Assembly (NCBI GenBank): GCA_035193785.1
Contig: CP136572.1
Location: forward strand, 2,900,578-2,964,577
Direction of reading: 5' to 3'
Length of the DNA: 64,000 nucleotides
Origin: Planktothrix sp. GU0601_MAG3
GTDB lineage: Bacteria; Cyanobacteriota; Cyanobacteriia; Cyanobacteriales; Microcoleaceae
Each line of letters opens with the position of its first letter. The first letter of the stretch is position 1. Both the position numbers and the translations under genes were made by a program. The notes under the pieces are model-generated. The model had not been told where the DNA came from and ran no database searches. It saw only the letters and a list, made by a program, of their open reading frames with translations. This document shows, piece after piece, positions 12,501-23,545 of the stretch.

Positions 12501-15500
12501 AATTTTTGAGGAATTAGGCGGATTTAGAATTGGATTTGAAGGGTCACAGGATTATGATTTTGCCCTACGAGCAACGGAAATTTCTCGCCAGATTGGTCAT
12601 CTTCCTTTAGTCCTCTACCATTGGCGCACCGCCCCCGGCTCAACGGCCGTTTCCGGGGCGGCAAAACCCGCAAGTTTTGATGCGGGAAAACACGCGATTC
12701 AAGAAGCCTTAACCCGTCTTCAAAGTTCAGGAAAAGTTTATCAACCAAATTGGGCTAGTGAAACTGAATCTAGGAATTTTTTATCATCAATTTTCTGACC
12801 AGGGGCCGTCGGTAACAATTATTATTCCGACTAAAAATCAACTTAAATTACTCCAGGCTTGTGTCGAATCAATTCAGAAAACAACCTATCAAAATTATCA
12901 GGTTGTGATTATTGATAACGAAAGTGATGACCCCAAAACCCTAGAGTATTTTAAGAAAATCGGCGACACGGAAAAAATATCCGTTTTAAAAATAGCTAAT
13001 CAAGGAAAATTCAACTTTGCTGCGATTAATAATCGGGCGGTGGAACAGGTGAATACGGATTATGTATTATTCCTGAATAATGATACGGAGGTGATTAATT
13101 CCCATTGGTTAACTCAGATGATGGGTTATGCTCGCATCCGAGGCGTAGGGGCTGTGGGGGCGCGATTAATTTATCCCGATGACCGGATTCAACACGCTGG
13201 AATACTGCATGGACTTCACCACGGTTTAGCGGGTCATGCTTTTAAATTAACCCATCGTCAAGATTTCGGTTATTTAGCCTATTCTAAAGTCGTAAGAAAT
13301 TATTCGGCGGTGACGGCGGCTTGTTTATTAACGCCCCGACAATTGTTCTTAGATTTAGGGGGATTTAATCAAGTTGATTTTGCCGTGGCTTACAATGATG
13401 TGGATTATGGATATCGATTATTTGAACAGGGTTATCAATCGGTTTATTGCCCGGAAGCGGAGTTAATTCACCGAGAAGGAACCAGTCGAGGTTATAAAGA
13501 TGACCCGCAAGAAGTGGCAAAATTCCGTCGCCAATATGCCCATAAAATTGATCCTTTTTATAACCCTAATTTATCCTTAGATAATGAATGGTTCCAAATT
13601 CAACCTCGACGTTATCAATTAAAATCAACTGTTAATTCTGCCCCCATTCCTAAAGTTTTAATGTGCAGTAATGCCTTAGAATATACGGGTGCTCCCCTAC
13701 ATCAATTTGAAATTGCTGTTAAGTTAGCCGCAGAAGGAAAACTAGAACCGACAATTTTCTGTGTTGATGATGGGCCGTTACGCTCTGCCTATGAACAGCA
13801 GGGAATTCGGGTGATTGTTCGAGAACATCCCCTAGCTAATATTTATCAACAGAAAGCCTATAATACAGCTATTGAAAGTTTAGCAAATGAACTACAACTA
13901 GAACAATTTGATCTAGTTTATGCTAATACTTTAGAAACCTTTTTTATAGTAGATTGCGCTAAACAAAAATCAATTCCTTGTGTCTGGAATATCCATGAAA
14001 GTCAGGCTTGGCAAACCTATTTTAATGGACTAGGATCAGAAATTGCAGCCCGGGCTTTAGAGTGTTTTCAATTTCCCTATCGGGTGATTTTTGTAGCCGA
14101 TGCAACCCGCAATCTTTATCAATCTTTAAATAGTCATCATAACTTTACGGTGATTCACAATGGTTTAGATATTCAACGGTTACTGAAAACATCGGAACAG
14201 CTAACTCGAATTGAAGCCAGAACCGCCTTATCAATAGCAGAAGATGAAATTGTGATTCTGTTACTGGGAACGGTTTGTGAACGCAAAGGACAAAAGGATT
14301 TACTCGAAGCGTTACCCCTATTATCAACTAATTATCATCACAAAATTCGTTGTTTTATTGTTGGCGATCGCCCCAGTATTTATAGCACCGAATTAGCCCA
14401 ATTAAAAGCCCAACTTCCCGATGCTTTAAAACAGCGATTAACCCTGGTTTCCAGAAACCCCAGAAACCGCCCAATATTTCCTGGCTGCGGATATTTTCCT
14501 CTGTACCTCTCGGATTGAAAGTTATCCCAGAGTGATTATGGAAGCCATGGGATATAACCTACCGATTATCACTACCCCCGTATTTGGAATTCCCGAACAG
14601 GTGCGTCCTGAAATTAATGGTTTATTTTACACGCCCCACCAAGCGGAAGAATTAGCAAAATGTCTAACATCACTATTAGAAAACCCGGATTTAAGACAGG
14701 AATTTTCTCAAAATTCCCAGTATGTTTTGCAGTCTCTCAATACCTTTGAAGAAATGACTCAAAGTTATTTAGAAATCTTCCAAGAAGCCTATTTTATTAA
14801 TCCCCATCCCGCCTCCCATAACTTCTCTACTCCTCGACCCATTGAATCCCTAAAGATGGAGATTAACCCCCCATCTCCGGTTACGATTTCCGCCGTCGAA
14901 GTCAATCATCCCGAGCCGGAAATTGCCGAACCTCAAGCCAAGAATTATTGGGAAACTAATCCCAACGCCGCCGCCAGTCAATGGGTTTCTAATCCAATTA
15001 TTGCTGATACCATTCATCAACGAATGTCTGGAGGTCAAACCCAGAAATATTGGTTACGGTGGTTAATTGAAGATTATTTTGTCGGTCAAAACTTTAATCA
15101 CCTGATTTCCCTAGGATGTGGTATTGGAAATCATGAAATTTTGATGGCAGAATTAGGATTTGCTCAACAAATTGATGCCTTTGATTTTTCGGAATCTTCC
15201 TTAAAAATTGCGCGAAAAGACGCTGAAAAAGCCGGAGTTAATGTTAATTTTTATCAGGAAGATTTTAATACCTTTAACCTGAATGCAGAGGTTAAATATG
15301 ACGTGGCATTTTGTTCAGGTTCTCTGCATCATGTTCGGGAACTGGAACGATTTTTAGAAATGGTTCATAAGGCGTTACATCCCCAAGGCTATTTTATTAT
15401 TAATGAATATGTTGGGGCTAATTATTGCATCTATAATAAACGCCAGGTGGAACTGATTAACCGCCTATACCAATGTTTCCATAAGTTAATTCGTTCTGGG

Positions 15501-15812
15501 ATTATGGAAAATAAATTTATTAATCCCAGTATCCATCAAGTTTTTGCCACTGACCCCTCAGAAGCGGTGCGTTCTCAACTGATTTTACCCTTTATTGAGT
15601 ATTATTTTGATATTGAACTTTTTCATCCGTTTGGGGGCGCAATTCTTCATCCTCTTTATCCTTTATTAGATCATAATCAGTTTTTACCCGGTGATCCCAA
15701 AGGAGAAACCTTAATTAAACTTTTGTTGGAATTTGAACAAATATTAATGGAAATTCCCGGGGGTTTAGAATCGGATTTCTGTCTGTGTGTATTGCGTCCC
15801 AAACGCTTTTAA
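9501..15812 (+). CDS. ~2100-aa multidomain glycan synthase: sulfotransferase, coiled coil, two GT2 domains, GT4, SAM methyltransferase (four track ORFs joined across +1 insertions at ~10947, ~12761, ~14447)
   Basis: GMHRSGTS/WGWKDPR (sulfotransferase), heptad-rich segment, SVVMPVYN...DDCS and IIIPTKN...FLNND (GT2), GTVCERKGQ...ESYPRVIMEAM (GT4), SLGCGIG (MTase). Removing one base at each junction restores continuous reading (EDELGKAQ, ASELNLG, LVPETPET). Confidence 0.8.
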
Positions 15813-15826
15813 ATCAGTTATCATTT

Positions 15827-15888
15827 GTAGGGGCGGGTTCATCAAGATTGAGGTAATTTACAAAGATCTAAAAGAAACCCGCCCGTAC
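15827..15888. repeat. GTAG-type REP-like inverted repeat
   Basis: GTAGGGGCGGGTT ... AACCCGCCCGTAC. Confidence 0.75.
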
Positions 15889-15916
15889 CAGTCACCAGTT
15901 ATTAGTCATCAGTTTA

Positions 15917-15998
15917 TTACCCATTACCCATTACCCATTACCCATTACCCATTACCCATTACCCATTACCCATTACCCATTCCCTGTTCCCTGTTCCC
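15917..15998 (+). repeat. Heptamer tandem repeat (TACCCAT)n followed by TTCCCTG units
   Basis: Visible tandem heptamers between convergent genes. Confidence 0.9.
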
Positions 15999-16000
15999 TA

Positions 16001-16708
16001 CTATACTTTTCTGATAATATTGATCAGTTCATTGCCATTATCAAAAATCTTTTCTAAAGTAAAAGGAAACCCGAGTTGGTGTTTTAAGGTGAGCAGAAAG
16101 TCTACAAAGTCGGCATTTGTCCAGACATGAAAATGGATACTAAAATCCCGTCTCATCAATTCTTGAACCATCCATTGTGCTTTAGTTTCATCCGTTTCTT
16201 TTTCTACCAATTCAATCCATTCTTCATAATGATTTTGTCGAGACCATTCCGGGCCCTGTTGATAATCTTTTAATAAATGTTCAATAGAAGTGACCGGGCG
16301 ATCGCAATCAAAACAGGTTCGTTTTTCGGGAACCGCCAAATACAAAATACCGTCTTTTCTAATCACCCGTAATAAATTTTCAATCGTTAGAATCGGGTTT
16401 TGGCAATGTTCAATAAAATGATTGGCAATCAAAAAATCCTGGGTTTCATCCTCAACGGTTCCTAAGAATTCACCATTATCAATAATATCAACAGAAACTA
16501 AATTAACATCTGCCAACTCAGGATAATGTTTTCTTAAATCAGGAACACTCATGCGATCCACATATTTAACTTGAGCAGATTTAGGAACTTCCAAAGGATG
16601 ATTTAATGCCCCGACTTCAATGCCATTTCCCTGTAAATATCGGTCGGCAAAAAAACGGCGAAACATATAAATTGGAGAAAGTGTTTCAGCATCGGCCGTG
16701 AGTGTCAT
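16001..16708 (-). CDS. Class I SAM-dependent methyltransferase
   Basis: GIEVGAL, DFLIANHFIEH, GILYLAVP. Confidence 0.8.
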   Translation of the reverse strand: MTLTADAETLSPIYMFRRFFADRYLQGNGIEVGALNHPLEVPKSAQVKYVDRMSVPDLRKHYPELADVNLVSVDIIDNGEFLGTVEDETQDFLIANHFIEHCQNPILTIENLLRVIRKDGILYLAVPEKRTCFDCDRPVTSIEHLLKDYQQGPEWSRQNHYEEWIELVEKETDETKAQWMVQELMRRDFSIHFHVWTNADFVDFLLTLKHQLGFPFTLEKIFDNGNELINIIRKV

Positions 16709-16937
16709 AATCCAATGTCCTCAGCAGTTCATTCTTAATTAAGGTTCAACTTTCAGTCAATTCATAACCGAAATAGTTAACCCTTTAGAGTATAATCCTA
16801 AATTGAGTTGAAAATTCATTCAATTTTGTTCAGTTCCTGCGGTGCGGAGTCGTCTTGATTTGGGCAGGCGGAAAATTGAACGAATGGAGAATCATAACCG
16901 TTGATGATTCAACTCTCAATCTGGAGGCATATCACCG

Positions 16938-18525
16938 TTGATTCAACAAGCAAGGACAATTGATTCAAAACCGATCACCGCGCCCCAGTTTATTATTCTT
17001 GGGGTACAAAAAGGAGGAAACCAATTCCCTCTATCAGTATCTATGTCAACACCCTCAAATTGCAGCCGCAACCCAAAAAGAAATCCATTTTTTTACTCTC
17101 AATTATCAGCAGGGTTTAGAGTGGTATAAATCCCAATTTTCCCCAGAAGCCGATGGCAAAAACTTGCTGACAGGGGAAGGTTCTCCCTATTATTTTTTCC
17201 ATCCCTTAGTACCCCAACGACTTTATGAATCTTTTCCTGAAACTCGGTTTATTGTATTATTGAGAAATCCGGTAGATCGGGCGATTTCCCATTATTATTG
17301 GGAAGTAAAACTTGGCTATGAATCTCTATCTTTGCAAGATGCGATCGCCCAAGAACCTCAAAGGATGCAAGGAGAAGCCGAAAAAATAGGTGCAGATCCG
17401 ACTTATTTTAGTTTTAACCATCAACATTATTCCTACCTTTCCAGGGGAATTTATATCGATCAACTGCAAAGATGGATGAAGTTCTTCCCTCGGGAACAAT
17501 TTTTGATTCTTAGGAGTGAAGATTTATATGTAGACTCTAAAACCGTAGTTAATCAAGTTTTTGATTTTTTAGGAGTACCGAATTATCAATTATCGAGTTA
17601 TGATAAATACAATGTTAATAGTTATCCCAATATTGACCCCATTATTCGTCGGCAGTTACAAGATTATTTTCAGCCTTTCAATCAAAAATTAACGCAGTTT
17701 CTCGGCTGCGACTGGAGTTGGGAAATTCCCGAAATTCCCTCTAAGTCAACGCCTGAATTAACAGAATTATCCGAAAATACCCATTCTCAATCCATCTCAA
17801 ACTCAGTTAAAATTATGAAAAAAGTTGATTATGAATCCGCCTGGGATGACTATGCTAGAAATTGGCAAAGTGTAGGATCTGAAGAAGTTTATAGGGGAGA
17901 TGAATGGATCGGATTTGCCGCCGGTGCCGCGACTTCTTTGGCTGAATATGAAGCCCTAATTGAAAACCAATTTATTGCCCCTTATATTCAGAAGCACCAT
18001 CAGGTTTTAGAAATTGGTGTGGGGGGAGGAAAAACGGCGGCTTTGCTGCTGAAATATTGCGATCGCCTAGTCTGTGCTGATATTTCCAAAGAACTCCTAA
18101 ATGCCACCCACAAACGTTTGGGAGATGAACGGGTTAGATATGTTAAATTGGATGGTTTAACTTTAGATGGAATTGCGCCTCAATCCCTAGATGTTTGTTT
18201 TTGTTATGATACCCTGGTACATATTGAACCCTGGGATATCTTTAACTATTTAACCCGAATTCCAGCTTTATTAAAAGGCGATCGCCTCTGTATTTTTCAC
18301 CATACCAATCTATTAAGTGAATTGGGCTGGCAAAAATTTGTCCAGGATTGGGATAAAAACCTATTAGGAAACCGACATGGAACCGCTTTTTCCTTAATGA
18401 CCGATACCATTATGGAGAAATTTTTAACCCATCTTAACTATAAAATTATCCGAAAAGATAGTGAGTCTGTACCCAGAGATTGCGTTTGGGTTTGTCAAGC
18501 ACCCGAAGTGATCAGTGATCAGTGA
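16938..18525 (+). CDS. Sulfotransferase fused to class I methyltransferase (frameshift at ~17018)
   Basis: ILGVQKGGTNSL (5'-PSB loop), LRNPVDRAISHY (3'-PB), then VLEIGVGGG (SAM motif). Confidence 0.82.
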
Positions 18526-18613
18526 TCAGTTATCAGTTATCAGTTATCAGTGATCAGTTTAAGAGTTATCAGTTTAAGAGCTAACATTCCCTATTCCCTG
18601 TTCCGGTGTTCCT

Positions 18614-19874
18614 ATGAAAGCATTATTTTTACATCCTAACTTTCCCGCCCAATATCGCCACGTTATTACAACATTAGGTGCAGATCCCAATAATCAAATT
18701 GTATTTGGGACAAAAAATGAACGTCCCGAATGGAGTATCCCCGGAGTTGAAAAAGCCCTATTTAATCCTAGTCGAGAAGCGAGTGCAGACACCCATCAAT
18801 ATGTCCGGGTTTTAGAAGGTGCAGTCTTACAAGGACAAGCCGTATTTAGAATGGCTGAACAACTCAAAGCCAAAGGATTTGTCCCCGATGTAATTTGTGG
18901 TCATTCCGGTTGGGGGCCGACTTTATTTGTCAAGGAAGCCTTTCCGAATACTCCATTATTATGTTATTTCGAGTGGTTTTATCATGCAGAAGGTTCCGAT
19001 GCTGACTTCGATCCAGCCGATCCCTTAAGCATTGATGATAAAGCTCGAATTCGGGTAAAAAACACCCCAATTTTAATTGATTTATATTCCTGTGATTGGG
19101 GACTTTCACCCACCCATTGGCAACAATCCCAATTTCCCCCGGAACTGCGTCAAAAAATTTCTGTCCTGCACGACGGAGTAGATACCAGTTATTTTAAACC
19201 CAATCCCGGGGCTAAATTAGTTTTACCAGATTTGGATTTATCCGGTGTAGAGGAAACTGGTGACCTATGTAGGACGAGGAATGGAACCCTATCGGGGCTT
19301 TCCTGAATTCATAGAAGCCGTGGCCTATATTCAGGAACGTAGACCCAAATGCCATGTTGTAGTTGTGGGATCGGAACGAGTTTGTTATGGTAAACCTTTA
19401 CCAAACGGCATGAGCTATAAGGACTATATGCTCAAGAAAGTCCCCTTGGATCTTTCCCGGATTCATTTCGTTGGGCCTTTGGCCTACGGCCAATATCTGC
19501 AAGTGATTCAGGCTTCAGATGTTCATATTTATTTAACACGGCCTTTTGTTTTATCCTGGTCAATGATTGAATCCATGTCAACCGGTTGTTTAGTCCTGGG
19601 TTCAGATACCGCCCCCGTGCGGGAAGTGATTCAAGATGGGGTAAACGGCTTACTGGTGGACTTTTTCTCTCCCAAACAGATTGCAGATCGGGTTGATGAA
19701 GTTCTGGATCATCCTGATCGTATGGCTCAATTGCGAGTTAAAGCGCGGGAAACAGCCTTAGAACGTTATGATCTGAGTAAACTCCTCTCGAAACATCTAC
19801 AACTGATTACCCAAGTCGCCAACCGTTCACTCCCCGCCACTGTTGGCCGGGTTGAGTCAGGGATGGTTGTGTGA
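18614..19874 (+). CDS. GT4 family glycosyltransferase (frameshift at ~19254)
   Basis: HPNFPAQY, GHSGWG, GRGMEPYRGF, YLTRPFVLSWSMIESM. Confidence 0.88.
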
Positions 19875-20250
19875 TATGGCGGGAACTTGATCGGAGTTCC
19901 GTTCGTCTACAGGAGAGATCTTTTGATTAGAAGATAATTAATGGTTAATGAGGAACATTGTTGGCTATAAACCCGTCTGATGGAGGTAAGGAAGTCAACA
20001 TAAACTGCCTTTTATGAGTTAAGAGTGATGGCTTCAAGACAAATTGAAGATGAAAATTTTCAATACATAATTGATAATAAAATCCAGCCATCGAAACCGC
20101 CATATCTATCAACTAGACAAGAATGATCACAAAGGACTAGACTTGCTGGAGATAAACAGGTTAAACTACTGCCGAACAAGTTATGGTGTTTGAAGCAGTG
20201 TCTGTCATCCCAACAGAGCTAATGACATTATTGCAGAGGAGTGAAATCAA

Positions 20251-22245
20251 ATGGTAACAGCTTTAGGCTTAGGGCCACAGTTTTACGATCAGGATGTGGG
20301 CTTCGCCCCCAGACCCGATACCATTCTGGGTGAGGGAGGAAATGACACAATTCTTTCTTCTACCCTAGGTGGAAGTCAGGTACAAGGTAATGAGGGTAAT
20401 GACATCCTAACCTCCAGAGGTGCTGGGGATGCCATGTATGGTGGCGAGGGCAATGATTCCATCCGGTCTCAACAGCTTCGCACCTTTGTTAATGGTAATG
20501 AAGGTCGGGATACCCTGTCGGCAGATTTACCCGCCAGCCTGTATGGGGGCCAAGACGGAGATTTTATCATAGTTCAGGCTGCTGGTAACTACATCTTTGC
20601 TAATAGAGACGAAGATACTTTGCTCGGAGGTATTCAAGGTGGAGACTTCCTCTATGGAGGTGAAGGTAATGACCACATTGGGTTTGTAGGCACCAATGGT
20701 CAAAGTAACCTCACGGGGGTTGCAGTGAGTGGGGCTATCGGTGGCCTGAACCAAGGGAACAACTATGTCTCTGGGGATAAAGGCATAGATATTATTGTAG
20801 GGGTTAACACTGGAGATACCCTCCTCGGTGGTCCGGATAACGACTCCATCGTTGGTGTAGGAAGCCTGAACGTCCTAGATGGTGGTAGTGGGAATGACAC
20901 CCTAAGAATCCAAAACTCCGTCGCCACCCAACAATTCTCGACCAATTTGGCGGTTGTTGGTGTCAGCCAAACTACCCTAGTGGGTGGGGCCGGTGACGAT
21001 TCTCTCTACGGTGGTGTGGGTCGCTTTGGAGAAGGCCAGAACTACCTTGAAGGTGGAGAAGGCAACGATACAATCCGAGGCTTTGCCCTTCAAGATGCCC
21101 TGTATGGTGGTGAAGGCAATGACTTGATCGTCACAGCCAATCCTAATGTTCTGACCATTCAGGGTAGTACCAGTCAACCGGGCTTTGCTGGCGAAAGCAC
21201 CCTGTACGGTGGCGATGGCAATGATACCTTAGTGGCAGGTTTCAGCACTGATTTCCTCTATGGCGATGCCGGGAATGACAGCCTGAGTGGAAAATTCTCC
21301 CTCTTAGAGGGTGGGGATGGAAATGATACCCTCTATGGAGGAAATTGGACATTAGAGATCCCCGGAGCCACTCAAGTTCCGACTGTCACCTTATCCGGTG
21401 GTAGTGGCAATGACTATCTCCACGGTGCTTTCGGGTCGGTGGCTAATCTTTATAATGGTGGTCTTGGTGATGACACCATTGTCTTTACCACAACTAACGA
21501 TAGCCTACTAGGTGAAAGTTCCCCAGAGGGTAATGACAAAATTTCCTTCGTGACTCGTTTAGCACGTGGAGAGGCCGGAGTTAGCTTTGTCTTGTTTGAT
21601 ACCCTCGGCAACAATACTATTTCCGGTAGTGATGGCAATGATAGCGTTGTTACGGGTAGTGGGGCTGACTTCCTGCAAGGGGGCAGCGTTGCAGCGGCGG
21701 CGACATTCGATGTTGGTTTCGGGGATGACACCCTGACCGCCGGTGGCGGAAATGACTACCTGTTTGGCGGTTCAGGCAGTGATGTCCTGTTCGGCGAAGC
21801 GGGTGATGACACCCTGCAAGGTGGTACTGAACGGGATACATTAGTCGGCGGTGAAGATGCCGATGTCTTCCTGTATCAGTTCAAATCCGATCTTAGCGGT
21901 ACAATTGCTGACATCATTACGGACTTCAACCCGGCTGAAGATAAACTATTCTTCTCCCGTGGGCCTGGAGGCTTTGCCTTTGAATTGCGTCCAGGTGTTC
22001 CGACCACTGAAATTTCCTTCGAGCAATTTATTGTTCTCGATAAGAACAGTTACAATGGCGCCAGTGCAAATACTCAAGCCCCAACCAATGTCGGCCCTGT
22101 GTTAGTGTACGAAAAATCCAGTGGAGTCTTATGGTATGACTCCGATGGTGGTGGCTCTAACCCAGCCGATATCGTTGCATTCATGGCACGACCCAACAAT
22201 ACAATTCCAACTCTAACCCGAACTGATATTGTGATCGTTCTCTAG
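20251..22245 (+). CDS. RTX (GGxGxD) calcium-binding secreted protein, 664 aa; candidate surface/oscillin-like protein
   Basis: Numerous GGxGNDxLx nonapeptides; C-terminal DIITDF...LWYDSDG tail typical of T1SS substrates. Confidence 0.9.
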   Translation: MVTALGLGPQFYDQDVGFAPRPDTILGEGGNDTILSSTLGGSQVQGNEGNDILTSRGAGDAMYGGEGNDSIRSQQLRTFVNGNEGRDTLSADLPASLYGGQDGDFIIVQAAGNYIFANRDEDTLLGGIQGGDFLYGGEGNDHIGFVGTNGQSNLTGVAVSGAIGGLNQGNNYVSGDKGIDIIVGVNTGDTLLGGPDNDSIVGVGSLNVLDGGSGNDTLRIQNSVATQQFSTNLAVVGVSQTTLVGGAGDDSLYGGVGRFGEGQNYLEGGEGNDTIRGFALQDALYGGEGNDLIVTANPNVLTIQGSTSQPGFAGESTLYGGDGNDTLVAGFSTDFLYGDAGNDSLSGKFSLLEGGDGNDTLYGGNWTLEIPGATQVPTVTLSGGSGNDYLHGAFGSVANLYNGGLGDDTIVFTTTNDSLLGESSPEGNDKISFVTRLARGEAGVSFVLFDTLGNNTISGSDGNDSVVTGSGADFLQGGSVAAAATFDVGFGDDTLTAGGGNDYLFGGSGSDVLFGEAGDDTLQGGTERDTLVGGEDADVFLYQFKSDLSGTIADIITDFNPAEDKLFFSRGPGGFAFELRPGVPTTEISFEQFIVLDKNSYNGASANTQAPTNVGPVLVYEKSSGVLWYDSDGGGSNPADIVAFMARPNNTIPTLTRTDIVIVL

Positions 22246-22311
22246 GTTGAGTTGACACCAGAAGGAGGAATATTTCTCCTTTGTCGGGATTTCAATAGGT
22301 TCAAATACAAC

Positions 22312-22346
22312 AAAAAGACCGGGAAATTATTTCTCGGTCTTTTTTT
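22312..22346. terminator. Probable bidirectional intrinsic terminator
   Basis: AAAAAGACCGGGAAAT-T-ATTTCTCGGTCTTTTTTT between convergent genes. Confidence 0.8.
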
Positions 22347-22383
22347 CTATAGCACTACGCACTAATAAATAAAGACTGATGAC

Positions 22384-23274
22384 CTATACATTGAAATCCG
22401 TTTCTTCCTGTTCCCTCCCATACTTAACTTGTCTGCCAATCAAATTAATAAAACCCGAACCAAAATGCTGAATTTCCAAGAAATTAGCATGGGAAGCCGT
22501 CGGTTTATAAATTTTAAATGTTTTCATAATTCCTAGGGTTGCCGCACTTTCTAGCGGCCCAATAAAACCACAATCTCGATCTAAAAAATAGGGTTGCTCT
22601 GCCCAATATTCCATCTGTTTAGCATTCAAAAAGAAACAACCAGAATGGGGATTTAAAGGGCGTTTAAATGAAACAGCCTGTTCCATCACTTTCCCAATAA
22701 ATTGTGGCTGATCTTGAATATTTTGAAAATTAGCCGTGATGTGGGGTAAAAGATCTCCATCAATATAGGCTTTAATTGCTTTGCTATGGGGGGAAACTTC
22801 ATAACGATTGGGTTGCAATAGACAACTATTTCCGGTGTGACGATTAAACCAATTTAACTTCGTAAAAAACCAAGGATCACGCAAAATCAAATCATCTTCC
22901 AAATAACAATAATAATCATATTTACCCAAATATTCCCGCAAAACTTGATGACATTGAAATCCCAATAACATTGGTTCTACCTGGGTAGAATAATGTTTAC
23001 AAAACCATGAAGGCAAGGGAATTTGCGCCAGTAAATGATAGTCTTGAGTGGTACAAATCACAATATCCACCTGATAATTTTGTTCCTGATTCACAGGAAT
23101 CGTCTGACATTGAGCAATATCAATCATGCACTGGGACTGACTATAAAGTTCCCGCAAAGCAGTTAAAGCAAATACTAACCCCGTAATTCGAGGGCGTGGA
23201 TCTTTACTTAAAGATGCGTGTTTCCCATCTCCATCCGGGTTAAAAAAGTGAGGAATCGTAAATAAAATCCGCAT
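22384..23274 (-). CDS. Hypothetical protein with a GT-like YLEDD motif
   Basis: 296-aa intact ORF; YDYYCYLEDDLIL and GPLESAATL; lies within the glycan locus. Confidence 0.65.
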   Translation of the reverse strand: MRILFTIPHFFNPDGDGKHASLSKDPRPRITGLVFALTALRELYSQSQCMIDIAQCQTIPVNQEQNYQVDIVICTTQDYHLLAQIPLPSWFCKHYSTQVEPMLLGFQCHQVLREYLGKYDYYCYLEDDLILRDPWFFTKLNWFNRHTGNSCLLQPNRYEVSPHSKAIKAYIDGDLLPHITANFQNIQDQPQFIGKVMEQAVSFKRPLNPHSGCFFLNAKQMEYWAEQPYFLDRDCGFIGPLESAATLGIMKTFKIYKPTASHANFLEIQHFGSGFINLIGRQVKYGREQEETDFNV

Positions 23275-23310
23275 AATCTATAACTAAACCTTTTAACATT
23301 AATTATCCAA

Positions 23311-23545
23311 TATTCTATAGCGCAAATCATAAGAACCTCAACAAAGCCCAAATCTAATCCGCGCAATCCGCGTAATCCTTAGCACAAATTAGAAGAAACC
23401 CCAACAAAGCCCAAATCTAATCCGTGCAATCCGCGTAATCCTTTAAATCCGTGATCATATATTCTGTAGCACAAATTAGAAGAACCCCAACAAAGCCCAA
23501 ATCTAATCCGTGCAATCCGCGTAATCCTTTAAATCCGTGATCATA
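23311..23545 (-). repeat. Three tandem ~70-86-bp copies of the CACGGATTA 9-mer family element
   Basis: Repeated CAACAAAGCCCAAATCTAATCCG(C/T)GCAATCCGCGTAATCC; shares AGCACAAATTAG with the reverse complement of the 896-1550 unit. Confidence 0.9.

Noticed and set aside
20527..22105. Antisense or overlapping ORFs inside the RTX gene (similar ones in trpD, hlyB and ccm genes)
   Set aside because: Shadow frames of well-supported genes with no independent features.
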